Shown here: one piece after another, positions 28,515 through 38,025 of the stretch
Layout of the letters: the number at the start of each line of letters is the position of its first letter
How positions within the stretch are numbered: position 1 is the stretch's first letter
From: a virus
Lineage: Duplodnaviria; Caudoviricetes
Strand: one strand, 5' to 3'
IMG/VR virus record: IMGVR_UViG_3300020151_000894
Location: 1 to 43,403 of that record
DNA: 43,403 bases
Translations under genes and position numbers: made by a program
Notes under the pieces: generated by a model
The model's input: the letters and a program-made list of their open reading frames with translations, nothing else
The model's database searches: none
Told to the model about the DNA's origin: nothing

Positions 28515-29810
28515 TTATTGTATGTTTTCTCTACCGCCGCCTTCGTAAATTCTATCTCTACCAATTCTATTATCACCACGATCAACTTCAGTAAAACCAC
28601 CACCACCAAATCCACCACCACTACCACCAGTCGGAGTTTCTATTATAATAGGTAATTCATTACGTTTATTTTCAACAGGTTGCTCTATCGTTATTATTTC
28701 ACCAGTTGCTGGATTTTCTTTCTCAACAGGAAATGTAATTTTAGGTTCAGGTTCTGCTATTGGGGTTTCACCTTTTAATTTTTTTATAAATCCTAATTTC
28801 TTTTCATTTTGTTTTGGATTTTCAATTGTTACAATTTTCAATTCAGGTAATTTTGTTTCAATTTCTATATCAGATGATTTTGATTGTAATATAGCAGGTG
28901 CACTATCTAAACTTTCAATTCTTGAATTTATAGAAGTTGAATTTAATTGCTCATCTTTTTGAGTTAAGTAAAAATTAATTGCATTAACAATCAATTCAGA
29001 TAATCTTTTTATTATAGTATTTTCTGCTAATTGTAATCTTGGCTTTGTTTTTCTTGGTTTTCCGTAATTAAGGTCTTTTATATCAGATATTCTATTTGTA
29101 AATTCATAATATGCAGATTCTACAAATTTTTTATGAACATTAACAGTGAATGAATCGAAATTAGAAATTTTATATTCTGTTTTTAATTTTTCATACCATC
29201 CCTGTCCATAAGTATTTTTTATAAAATCATCTATTACGCTTGAATTGATTGATTCTACTAATTTTAATGCGTTATAAATAATATCACTTCTAAAATCACC
29301 ATTGTTATAAAATATACCAAATCTTTCTCTTATATCATTTATATTTGAACTTTTTTCTAATGGAAATAATCTAATTTCTGTTCTAGTTGGTGATATTTCA
29401 CTAATCCAAACTTTATCATCTTGTTTATATGACCCAATTCTTTTGTTTATAAGAGATATTTGTGTTTTAAACAATCCATTGGCATAACCAGCTTCTTTTA
29501 TTAATCTCTCAACATCTATAAAGTATTCAGATGGTAAGTTATTTTTAGTCATTACCGTACCTTCAGATAGTAGGAAATAATCATTTATATTTTCATTTGT
29601 AAGTGATATATATCTAACCAATCCATTATCCTTTTGCGGTAATTGATTTTCGGAAAAATCATACATAATGAATTCAATAACATCATCTTCACTTAATCCA
29701 AAAAAAGACTGTAAATCTCCCTGCTCAAATATATTTCTATCATTTGGGTTGATTCTATACGCCTTATTTTGAATTATTTCTTTAAAATTCTTTAATCCAG
29801 ATGCTGCCAT
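28515..29810 (-). CDS. Putative baseplate-module structural protein (431 aa)
   Basis: WISEISPTRTEIRL; Gly-rich C-terminal tail; context. Confidence 0.55.
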   Translation of the reverse strand: MAASGLKNFKEIIQNKAYRINPNDRNIFEQGDLQSFFGLSEDDVIEFIMYDFSENQLPQKDNGLVRYISLTNENINDYFLLSEGTVMTKNNLPSEYFIDVERLIKEAGYANGLFKTQISLINKRIGSYKQDDKVWISEISPTRTEIRLFPLEKSSNINDIRERFGIFYNNGDFRSDIIYNALKLVESINSSVIDDFIKNTYGQGWYEKLKTEYKISNFDSFTVNVHKKFVESAYYEFTNRISDIKDLNYGKPRKTKPRLQLAENTIIKRLSELIVNAINFYLTQKDEQLNSTSINSRIESLDSAPAILQSKSSDIEIETKLPELKIVTIENPKQNEKKLGFIKKLKGETPIAEPEPKITFPVEKENPATGEIITIEQPVENKRNELPIIIETPTGGSGGGFGGGGFTEVDRGDNRIGRDRIYEGGGRENIQ

Positions 29811-29824
29811 AATTTATTTTTTTA

Positions 29825-30847
29825 TTAACCACTCCAACTAGTTCCAACTTGCTTTTGAATTGCCACTGCCAATGTTACACTTGATTTTTGAGATTTTACA
29901 TTTAAACTACCTTTATATGCTGTATCTCCCAATAATGTAACTCCAGCTGAAGGTCTGAAATCATCTATTTTTGAAGGTATTGTTTTTACTGTCAATAATT
30001 TAGTTTGTTTTGGTTGTAATGTAAAGGATGGTATCTTTTCAAATGAACCCAATGTTTGTCCCGCTTCTTCAAATGTTATTGTTATAGGCTCTTTTGAGAA
30101 ATTATAAACTTCAAGATCAGGTCCATTAATCCATTGACCATTACCATCATCTTTAGCTCTAGCTCTATATGTTAAATCACCATATTGAGGTTCTCCTTTT
30201 TGAACACTCTTAACAGAGAAATCCATACCTACTTTGGCACCTTCTGCAATCTTAGCCTGTTTACCTTCTAATATTTCTTTATATTGGTCATTTTGCTCTT
30301 TTAATGATTGGTTACGAGCGGTTAAAGAAACTCTTTGAATTGCTTCAGCAGTTCCTTTTTGAATAGAATTTTGTAAATCAACAACTACGTTAGATATTTT
30401 TACGTTTGCTTGATTCAATTGATTTTCAAATGATGCAACTAGTATTCTTTGTGCATCTACATCAACTCTTAAACTTTCAGAAACTATTTCAAGCTCACTA
30501 ACTTTAGCTGTTAAATCAACTACTATTGTATTTAATCTAATAACTTCTTCTGTCAAATCTATTACAGATTGAGTTACTTCATTATATATAGGTCTTGGAA
30601 CATCATCATCCAATGGAGGTGGTTCTACCGGTATTAATTCAAATATTCTAGTATCTACGGATTTTATTAAATCATTTTCATTGTATTTAGGATTTGATAG
30701 TTTACCAAAAACAACACCATCTAATTCATTTGCATCATTAAATTGATACGAGTTTACACTTGTTTTAGACACGACTAATGACCCACTTTTACTTATACCA
30801 TCAAGTAAACTTAAATTTCTTAATCCAGATGTTTTTAATCCTGCCAT
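29825..30847 (-). CDS. Coiled-coil structural protein with C-terminal beta domain
   Basis: Long heptad region followed by beta-rich C-terminus; context. Confidence 0.55.
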   Translation of the reverse strand: MAGLKTSGLRNLSLLDGISKSGSLVVSKTSVNSYQFNDANELDGVVFGKLSNPKYNENDLIKSVDTRIFELIPVEPPPLDDDVPRPIYNEVTQSVIDLTEEVIRLNTIVVDLTAKVSELEIVSESLRVDVDAQRILVASFENQLNQANVKISNVVVDLQNSIQKGTAEAIQRVSLTARNQSLKEQNDQYKEILEGKQAKIAEGAKVGMDFSVKSVQKGEPQYGDLTYRARAKDDGNGQWINGPDLEVYNFSKEPITITFEEAGQTLGSFEKIPSFTLQPKQTKLLTVKTIPSKIDDFRPSAGVTLLGDTAYKGSLNVKSQKSSVTLAVAIQKQVGTSWSG

Positions 30848-30848
30848 A

Positions 30849-31937
30849 TTAATTACCTAAAATAGTAAATGTTAATTTATCATCGTAATATTTTATATCA
30901 CCATCCATATCAACTTTAAATTCCAATTTGTAAACTCTACCAGACTCCCAATTTGAAAGATTTAAATTAATATAGTTTCCATCAGAGTCACAACTTACTT
31001 TAGAATAATCGCTAAACGGAACTATAATATCATCCGAAGCAAAATCTTTAATTTGATAATATGTTGTTTGTGGAAGATATTTTACATCACTATATGAAAA
31101 TGAATTTGTAAAAGTTTTTACAGGATACAATTCTCTACCCACTACCCTTATTTTTGGAATACTATTTTTCTTATATTCACTTTTAAATGATTTAACACCA
31201 ACCTTAATATCATTTGAAGTTAATGCAGATAATGAACCTGTTATAAACGATTGGTCATCCCAACCTATTCTAATCTTTGGTTGATATATTGTAAATGTTT
31301 CTTTACTAAATAATCTTAGTATTCCATAATCTTGCGTATTACTTTCTATATTTTCAGGAAATAATGTGGAGTTAGCAAATTTTAACATTAACCCATCATT
31401 TGGAATAGAACCAGTCATCCAAAGTTTAAGCATTGGCTTTACATCCATATCAATGTCACCTCTTTCGTAATTAAAAGTTTGAGATGCGCTATATTGTGTC
31501 CACCAAGTTCCACCACTACCATCGTTTATACTTGCGGTAGTATATGAATTAAAATCATTATCTAACCAATTTAATTTAGTATCACCTTCTCTATAATTCC
31601 AGGTTACACCCTTTGTAGTTATTGTATCAAATCTAGTACCTATACCCATTTCCCAACTACCTGATATTGGATTGGCATGAATTGTATATTCCAATGGTAT
31701 TTCTTCCGCTTGTGATTCTTTTATTAATAATCTAGCATCATTCATACCAATTGTACCATTGTATAATGATTGGGATAAGAATCCTAAATCAAACTTAAGT
31801 AAAGTATGAGATACATCTTTTACATTACCATAGTAAACTTTACTTACTTCTAATATCTCATCAAGCCCAGTATTTTGATTGGGTTGTTGTAGATAAATCG
31901 ATGCATCTTTTGATGCTGTTAAAAAATAATATGCCAT
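30849..31937 (-). CDS. Virion protein with DNRLRE/CBM96-like domain
   Basis: ASKDASIY..QPNQNTG..EILEV, LLKFDL, SWEMG..VTW, NDGLMLK, PKIRIGW. Confidence 0.6.
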   Translation of the reverse strand: MAYYFLTASKDASIYLQQPNQNTGLDEILEVSKVYYGNVKDVSHTLLKFDLGFLSQSLYNGTIGMNDARLLIKESQAEEIPLEYTIHANPISGSWEMGIGTRFDTITTKGVTWNYREGDTKLNWLDNDFNSYTTASINDGSGGTWWTQYSASQTFNYERGDIDMDVKPMLKLWMTGSIPNDGLMLKFANSTLFPENIESNTQDYGILRLFSKETFTIYQPKIRIGWDDQSFITGSLSALTSNDIKVGVKSFKSEYKKNSIPKIRVVGRELYPVKTFTNSFSYSDVKYLPQTTYYQIKDFASDDIIVPFSDYSKVSCDSDGNYINLNLSNWESGRVYKLEFKVDMDGDIKYYDDKLTFTILGN

Positions 31938-33967
31938 TAGCGTGCCCTCCCTTTTATATCTGAATTAGGAAACTTAACTTCAAAAATAGAAGGGTCCAAT
32001 GATGGATACACCACTTTATTTTTAGTTGCTGCTTCTATATTATATGAATTTGCAGAATATTGACCTCCGCATTTATTAACTATTTGAAGTCTTGTAACAG
32101 ACGATACACCTTCAATATTTGCAAGTAACACTTCTAGTTCACTTAAATTAATTGTTTGGTTAAAAGTCCAATTATCTATATTAAAATATTTTTGCAATTC
32201 TAATATACATTTAGTAACTACTTCTGATTTATTATCATTCCTATTACAAACTACTTCAAAATCAACCCCAATATTTATTATAAATCCATCCGAAAAATTA
32301 ACACCATCTGTTAATATTTTATATTCGTTTAAATATGTTTTTAAGTTTTCTTTAACTGCTCTATTAATTGGAGATAATCTTCCAAAATTATCCAATCCTA
32401 ACATATATAAGTTTATAGCAAATGGATTATTTTTTTCGTTTTCATTTGAGGTTTTACCAATTAAAAATTTTGTAATTTCTGAATTAACTGCTGCTCTTGT
32501 TGGTTCTGATGTTTCCGGTCTTTCTATGAATCCCATAACCAAATCGGTAAATTCTTGCAAAACATTTGGAGATGCTAATATCGATGATGGTGAATTATTA
32601 TCCAATTTACCATCAGCAGTTGCATAACATTTGGAAATTGCTCCATATTTGGTTGGCATTGATAATGCTCTTATTTGATAATCTTTTGAAGTAACTGCTC
32701 TATTTTGTGAACCAAAATTACCTAAAGCATTTTGTCTAATTTCTTCAATTGTTTCAGGACCCCTACCACCAGTTGCTGGTATTTTGTTCGTAACTGCTAT
32801 TGAATTTTTTAAACTATTATATGTTCCTATCTGAGCCGTATTTAAATCAGAATACTCATTATCAAACTCAATAGATGTTATTTTTGTAAGTTGGTCAGAT
32901 TCTACGTTAGAGGCAACACCACCACCTGTGTAATATTTTACTGTGATTGTTGTGTTTGATGGCGATATACCATAAGCTTTTGTTTTTAGAAAATTAGTTG
33001 GGTCAAATGATTCCTCTAATCTACTAATAGAATTTGGTAATCCTAATCCAACATTTTTAAGATTTGGAATTAATTGTTCATCATTTGCATTTGGGTCACC
33101 AGCTCCAAATTGTATAGTTGTAGTTAAATCAGCGTTTACTTTAGCTACAAATCTTCTTGGAGTTTTTAAAGTTTTTAAAATAGAAGGAACACTTTCTTTG
33201 AATTGAGCTAAATCAGGATCATTTAATTCGCTGTTAGGATAATCTAAAAATACCATTTCTTGTGCTAAATAAGGTACTTCATAATATTTGTTATTATTAG
33301 AATCTCTTATATCATATACTTCTATTATATTAGTATTTTCCAAAACTATATTTGCAAATGGACTATATGAGCCAAAATCAAAAGTAGCTTCTTGTGGAAC
33401 TGCTGATATAGCTTGTACATATTTTTTAACAAGATATAGAGTAGGGTCTCCTGTATTTGCATCCCTTTTATATATTGTAATTTCTCTATTACTACTATCT
33501 TTAAAATCTATAACATCAGTTGTTATAAACTTTATTGATTCATCTTTAGATTCGATTACCATCCCTTGCTTTATTCTCAACAAATATTTACTATCTATAA
33601 TGTTAGATGCACCAGTTCCAACCGCTGGTACAAGTTGATACACTTCTATTGTTGTTGTTGCAGGAGATGTTACTTTTGGTTTATATCCTAAAAATTGTGC
33701 TAATGCTATTACATTTTCTTGGTCTTCGGCGGTTGTTAATAAAGATTCTTTAAATGTATCATCTACATAATAAGAAAGAACATCACCTATATATGATGCC
33801 ATCTCAATAAACATCATACCAGGAGATGCTTCTGTAAAGTCCGTATTTGTTTTGGGAAAATATGTTTTTGCAAACTCTATAAGATTATCTTTAAATGCAG
33901 AAAAATCTTTATTAAGATACTTTATATCTTTTCCGCTATATGTTTTATTATTAGGTAATGAATTCAT
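31937..33967 (-). CDS. gp6: Baseplate wedge subunit (T4 gp6 / baseplate-J-like)
   Basis: DF...K..L..F, SPGMMFIEMASYIGDVLSYY.D...E, LA..LGYKP, IQFG.G, GG...ETIEEIR, QNRAVT..DY. Confidence 0.88.
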   Translation of the reverse strand: MNSLPNNKTYSGKDIKYLNKDFSAFKDNLIEFAKTYFPKTNTDFTEASPGMMFIEMASYIGDVLSYYVDDTFKESLLTTAEDQENVIALAQFLGYKPKVTSPATTTIEVYQLVPAVGTGASNIIDSKYLLRIKQGMVIESKDESIKFITTDVIDFKDSSNREITIYKRDANTGDPTLYLVKKYVQAISAVPQEATFDFGSYSPFANIVLENTNIIEVYDIRDSNNNKYYEVPYLAQEMVFLDYPNSELNDPDLAQFKESVPSILKTLKTPRRFVAKVNADLTTTIQFGAGDPNANDEQLIPNLKNVGLGLPNSISRLEESFDPTNFLKTKAYGISPSNTTITVKYYTGGGVASNVESDQLTKITSIEFDNEYSDLNTAQIGTYNSLKNSIAVTNKIPATGGRGPETIEEIRQNALGNFGSQNRAVTSKDYQIRALSMPTKYGAISKCYATADGKLDNNSPSSILASPNVLQEFTDLVMGFIERPETSEPTRAAVNSEITKFLIGKTSNENEKNNPFAINLYMLGLDNFGRLSPINRAVKENLKTYLNEYKILTDGVNFSDGFIINIGVDFEVVCNRNDNKSEVVTKCILELQKYFNIDNWTFNQTINLSELEVLLANIEGVSSVTRLQIVNKCGGQYSANSYNIEAATKNKVVYPSLDPSIFEVKFPNSDIKGRAR

Positions 33968-33968
33968 A

Positions 33969-34406
33969 TTATGGTGCTATTTGTTGTACGTTAAATGATA
34001 CCAAACCAGAGTTACCAGTATTTCTACTTCTAAATTTCAATGATATATTTACGGAATTTTTATCTTTATTTTCGTTACTCATATCAACATCAATTTCCTC
34101 AATATTCACATTTGGTATATATCTTTCAACCGATTTTGTTATTATTTCTTGAATTTTATCTTCAAAATCTTCCGTAATTGGCTCAAATAATAAAGTTTCT
34201 ACCCCTGCTCCAAATAAAGGATTCATTAATCGTTCTCCTCTTTTTGTTAATAATAAATTTTTTATATTCGATTTAAGTTGTTCTATTTCCGTATAATTTT
34301 GCTTAAAAGCAACATTTGCTATTTGAATTGGTAGAGATAAACCAATTGCATAATCTTCATAATCTTTAGTCTCTAATAAAGGTTTTCTACCTAATATAAT
34401 TGCCAT
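33969..34406 (-). CDS. gp25: Baseplate protein gp25/GPW family (sheath initiator)
   Basis: IKNLLLTKRGERLMNPLFG...LLFEP, YIPNV.I. Confidence 0.9.
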   Translation of the reverse strand: MAIILGRKPLLETKDYEDYAIGLSLPIQIANVAFKQNYTEIEQLKSNIKNLLLTKRGERLMNPLFGAGVETLLFEPITEDFEDKIQEIITKSVERYIPNVNIEEIDVDMSNENKDKNSVNISLKFRSRNTGNSGLVSFNVQQIAP

Positions 34407-34906
34407 TACTTCTTCTTAAATCTTTTTACAAGTTCAGAATAATCTCTATTCAATGCCTTATCCAATTCAGCTACACCAGTTTGAACACCCAATCCAGTTG
34501 GTTGAGGTCCTCTAGCTAAATCACCATAACCCATTTTTTCAGCAATTGCAGTTCTACCTACAATTGAACCCATATCACCTTGTCCAAAATTCATTGTTCT
34601 GAATCCACCATCACCAGTTGCAGGTGCCATTGCGGTTTCATTAAGAATTTGGTTAATCATTGGGTTTTTACTGAATTGCTTATTACTTACTACTTTAGTT
34701 TCAATTGATTCTATCAAAGTTTCATCTTCCATCATAGCCTTAGCCATAGATAATCCAGTATTTTTTGGTTTAGCAGGTTGTTTTCCTTCTGCTATCAGTT
34801 TTTTCATTTCAGCCTTTACAGTTTCCTTAATTAATGCAGGTAATTGTTCTTTCAATTCCTCTTTTATTAGGATTTGTATGGCTTTTAATAATTTGTCTGT
34901 ATTCAT
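34406..34906 (-). CDS. Hypothetical phage protein (166 aa) with LxE-type sites
   Basis: Preceded by late motif; LIKE, LIAE, ILNE motifs. Confidence 0.6.
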   Translation of the reverse strand: MNTDKLLKAIQILIKEELKEQLPALIKETVKAEMKKLIAEGKQPAKPKNTGLSMAKAMMEDETLIESIETKVVSNKQFSKNPMINQILNETAMAPATGDGGFRTMNFGQGDMGSIVGRTAIAEKMGYGDLARGPQPTGLGVQTGVAELDKALNRDYSELVKRFKKK

Positions 34907-34926
34907 ACTTTCTTATTTGTTATGTT

Positions 34927-34935
34927 TATAAATAT
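34927..34935 (-). promoter_or_regulatory. Putative late promoter ATATTTATA
   Basis: Recurring motif upstream of 34906. Confidence 0.65.
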
Positions 34936-34956
34936 TTGAATTGTTATTTTTGAAAA

Positions 34957-35979
34957 TTATGTGGAGAACAATGTAGCTTCTTCCGCTCTTCTTCTAACTA
35001 AGCCAGGATATACTACCCCATCTCCAGTAATAGGTCCTTCTTTTATTTGTGCTGCCGCAGAAGTTAAATTTGCTGCTTTAAGTGCATTTGCTATCCCCAC
35101 TCTTAAACTACCAACATTATAAACGTAGCTTATTAATGCAGCTTTTTGTTTATCATTTAAGGAGTTAAAAGTTGCTTCCGGTATTTGATAATCAAAATTT
35201 CCCACCAATCTACTTTTAAATGTTGTACTAACTTCATATTGCAACATCTTAAGAGCGGCTTCAACAGTAGTTCTATCACCATTAGCAGGTTGTTTTTCTC
35301 CAGTTTGTTTATAATACGATTTATCGGGTAAAACTTTTCTTACTTTACCATCACTTCCAACAATGTTTTCAGTACCAAATCCTAATCTATATGCATTTAC
35401 ATCCCAAGTTGCCCTTTCCGTAAATCCTTCATTTTTTCCTATAAATTTAGCAGCTAATGTAATCCAATCTGCACTTAAATCCAAATTACCCAAATCTACA
35501 TTTACAGCTCCGGTAAATCCAGACGAAAATCCACCACCCCCACCACTTCTAAATCCACTAACAAATGGTTTACCAGTACTAAAGTTATCAGCAGATACAG
35601 TTACTCCAGAACCTTGTATTAGTATTTCTTCGGATTCTTTTAGGAATTTCTCAAAATCTTCATCAATTTGTTGTTCGGTAATTCCGATTTGAATACTTTC
35701 TTCTTTTGTTGGCCGTACCGAATTATGGTCCTCCACATCCTCTTTTGGTTTAAAATCATCTTGAGTTACCACATTACTTTTAGTTGATGGCGAAATAAAA
35801 TATCCTTTCCAATTTATAATACCGGGTCCTGGTACTTGAATTGGTGATGGTGGAGGACCTGCTGCATATAAAGATACCGTAGATATAATACCTTCAACAC
35901 TATTTAAATGAGAAGTTGCGTATGATATAAATTCATCTACGATTAAACCTGTGTTATTTGTTGGATTTATTGCTGCCAT
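34957..35979 (-). CDS. Virion-associated lysozyme (C-terminal GH24-like muramidase)
   Basis: KNEGF...WDVNAYRLGFGT, QKAALISYVYNVG, GLVRRRAEEA. Confidence 0.85.
   Translation of the reverse strand: MAAINPTNNTGLIVDEFISYATSHLNSVEGIISTVSLYAAGPPPSPIQVPGPGIINWKGYFISPSTKSNVVTQDDFKPKEDVEDHNSVRPTKEESIQIGITEQQIDEDFEKFLKESEEILIQGSGVTVSADNFSTGKPFVSGFRSGGGGGFSSGFTGAVNVDLGNLDLSADWITLAAKFIGKNEGFTERATWDVNAYRLGFGTENIVGSDGKVRKVLPDKSYYKQTGEKQPANGDRTTVEAALKMLQYEVSTTFKSRLVGNFDYQIPEATFNSLNDKQKAALISYVYNVGSLRVGIANALKAANLTSAAAQIKEGPITGDGVVYPGLVRRRAEEATLFST
35548..35668. repeat. Direct repeat copy 1 (shared linker cassette)
   Basis: 35567-35621 is 54/55 identical to 36615-36669. Confidence 0.9.
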
Positions 35980-35983
35980 ATTA

Positions 35984-37468
35984 TTAAATTCTTACTATGG
36001 CTTGAACACAAGCCATATTTTTAATACAATGTGATTTTATTGATTTACTTTTATTACCATCAACACCCCACCAAAAACCTCCATCAATTTTCCAAAATAT
36101 TCCTATATGATTCGATGCACCATCATTATCACCCTGCCAATCATAAATTATAGCATCTCCCGGTTTAGGTACATAGTTTTTATTCTCAGGAGCTGTCATA
36201 TCTACATATCTACCGGTATCAATTGCCCATAATGTCCATTGTGGTACACCAGGCCAATAAAAATGTCTTTCTAATGTTGATAACTTTCCGTTATAATTAG
36301 GACCAAATTTCAATATATTTTCAACATCAAACCCAGCTTCAGCCCACCAAGTTGTAACCGTACACGCACACCAAGGAAACCCAGTACCCTTACCCCATTT
36401 ACCATTTCCAAATGCTTGTATTTGTTGAATACGAGGATGTCCCGTATCCTCCCCAATTTCCACTACATTTTGAGAAGCATCATATAATGCAATTTGTACA
36501 ACTTTTTCACCAACTGTAGCGTTACCACTAAAATTGTTAAATGCTACATAAGGTGGACCTGAATACGAACCACCACCTCCTGCACCTCCTCCTGCTCTAA
36601 ATCCACTTATAAAGGGTTTACCAGTACTAAAGTTATCAGCAGATACAGTTACGCCAGAACCTTGTATTACAACTTCCCCAGATTCTTTTAAGAATTGCTC
36701 AAAATCTTTATCTATTTCTTCTTGAGATTGAGGAGGAGTTACTAATCCTGTTTGATTTTGCACAGGGGTAGTTGGTGTAGGTGTAGTTGGTGTAGGTGTA
36801 GGTGTAGTTGGTGTAGGTGTAGGTGTAGGTGTTGTAGATATAGGTGTACCAGGAACTCTACCTAATATTGCATCTGCAACAGGAACTTCTGTATTATAAT
36901 CTCTATTTTGTTGTAATATGCCTGTAAATTTGTTTATTGCATCCAATGATGTAGTTGCTACCAACTCTTTGCCCTCAGCAATAAATTTATTATATTTTTC
37001 TATTTCAGTTTCTAACGATTCTTGGTATTCTACTCTCTTTTCAGGAGTTAATTCTTCAGATACATCGATATTTAAAGATGATATTGGTTTTTGCCAAATA
37101 CCAGGATTTGTAACTATGTTTTGAGTTACACTTAAATTTACAGTTGCTTGTATAGCAGGTGTGATTGGTAATGGAGATGTTGCCATAACAGCACCAGCCC
37201 AATATGCTTTAACCCCAGCACCCATTTCACCCACTAAATCGTATGGTGTAGGTGAATTCACTCCTTTTTGTAAAGCAGAAACAAATAATTGTTTCATCAT
37301 TTCTACATTTCCGTTCACTAATGGAATTTTATGCTGTTTATCAAACCCTCTCTTTACCGCAGCATCATATTCTTTCGCATATAATTCAGCAACAACATTT
37401 ATATCCGAAATTCCTTCCGGACTATTTGCTACTCTTAATATATTTTGTTTGAACGTTTCCCAAGACAT
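35984..37468 (-). CDS. Virion-associated peptidoglycan hydrolase with C-terminal CHAP domain and PT linker
   Basis: FPWCAC (Cys), PKPGDAIIYDW, NHIGI (His), VDGN. Confidence 0.82.
   Translation of the reverse strand: MSWETFKQNILRVANSPEGISDINVVAELYAKEYDAAVKRGFDKQHKIPLVNGNVEMMKQLFVSALQKGVNSPTPYDLVGEMGAGVKAYWAGAVMATSPLPITPAIQATVNLSVTQNIVTNPGIWQKPISSLNIDVSEELTPEKRVEYQESLETEIEKYNKFIAEGKELVATTSLDAINKFTGILQQNRDYNTEVPVADAILGRVPGTPISTTPTPTPTPTTPTPTPTTPTPTTPVQNQTGLVTPPQSQEEIDKDFEQFLKESGEVVIQGSGVTVSADNFSTGKPFISGFRAGGGAGGGGSYSGPPYVAFNNFSGNATVGEKVVQIALYDASQNVVEIGEDTGHPRIQQIQAFGNGKWGKGTGFPWCACTVTTWWAEAGFDVENILKFGPNYNGKLSTLERHFYWPGVPQWTLWAIDTGRYVDMTAPENKNYVPKPGDAIIYDWQGDNDGASNHIGIFWKIDGGFWWGVDGNKSKSIKSHCIKNMACVQAIVRI
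36596..36716. repeat. Direct repeat copy 2 (shared linker cassette)
   Basis: Encodes DKDFEQFLKESGEVVIQGSGVTVSADNFSTGKPFISGFR, versus DEDFEKFLKESEEILIQGSGVTVSADNFSTGKPFVSGFR in copy 1. Confidence 0.9.
36765..36838. repeat. Coding tandem repeat (ggtgta/gttggtgta units) encoding a Pro-Thr linker
   Basis: TTPTPTPTPTTPTPTPTTPTPTTP. Confidence 0.9.
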
Positions 37469-38025
37469 TATTTAGTTATTTTTTTCATTCCCCAACTGAC
37501 TAAATTTGGATATTCCCCTTTATTACTTTCTATAAATAATTCTACAGCCCTTTCTTCAGTAACTTTACCTTTAAAATTAAGTGCACCAATTCCATCTGCT
37601 TCTCTCTCACCTACATATAGCATAACAGATATACGTTTACCATCCCATTCGTATCTATATGATAAATCTCCTTTTGGCGGAGCAGGTCTAGGTGCCGGTG
37701 TTGTTACAGGTTCTGCTTTAGCATATTCAAATTTCTTTTCTTCTTTTTGAAATGCTTTTGGTTCGGGTGGAGTTTTTGGCTTAAACTTTTTAAGTTCTTT
37801 AAATGCTGGCTTCTTAGGAAATTTTGGTAAATCAGGAATCCCTAAAGAATCTTTAAGACCTTTTAATAATGCGGCCGCATCTCCCTTTAAATCCGAAAAA
37901 GCTGCTGCAAGTTTTCCAGCTGCCGCATTTGCTTGACCGGTTGCTGCATTAGCGGCTCCCTTTGCTACGGCTTTTCCTTCTTCAGCTTTACCAGCTGCTA
38001 CTCTTTTATCTGTATTATCTACCAT
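37468..38025 (-). CDS. Hypothetical tail-module protein, Ala-rich N-terminus and Lys/Pro-rich middle
   Basis: TAATG coupling on both sides. Confidence 0.6.
   Translation of the reverse strand: MVDNTDKRVAAGKAEEGKAVAKGAANAATGQANAAAGKLAAAFSDLKGDAAALLKGLKDSLGIPDLPKFPKKPAFKELKKFKPKTPPEPKAFQKEEKKFEYAKAEPVTTPAPRPAPPKGDLSYRYEWDGKRISVMLYVGEREADGIGALNFKGKVTEERAVELFIESNKGEYPNLVSWGMKKITK

Noticed and set aside
35548-36716. Repeat pair as DGR template/variable repeat
   Set aside because: Both copies are in-frame coding, differences are not adenine-specific and no reverse transcriptase is in the window.
36765-36838. Short tandem repeat as CRISPR or phase-variation tract
   Set aside because: No spacers; units are multiples of 3 encoding a Pro-Thr linker.
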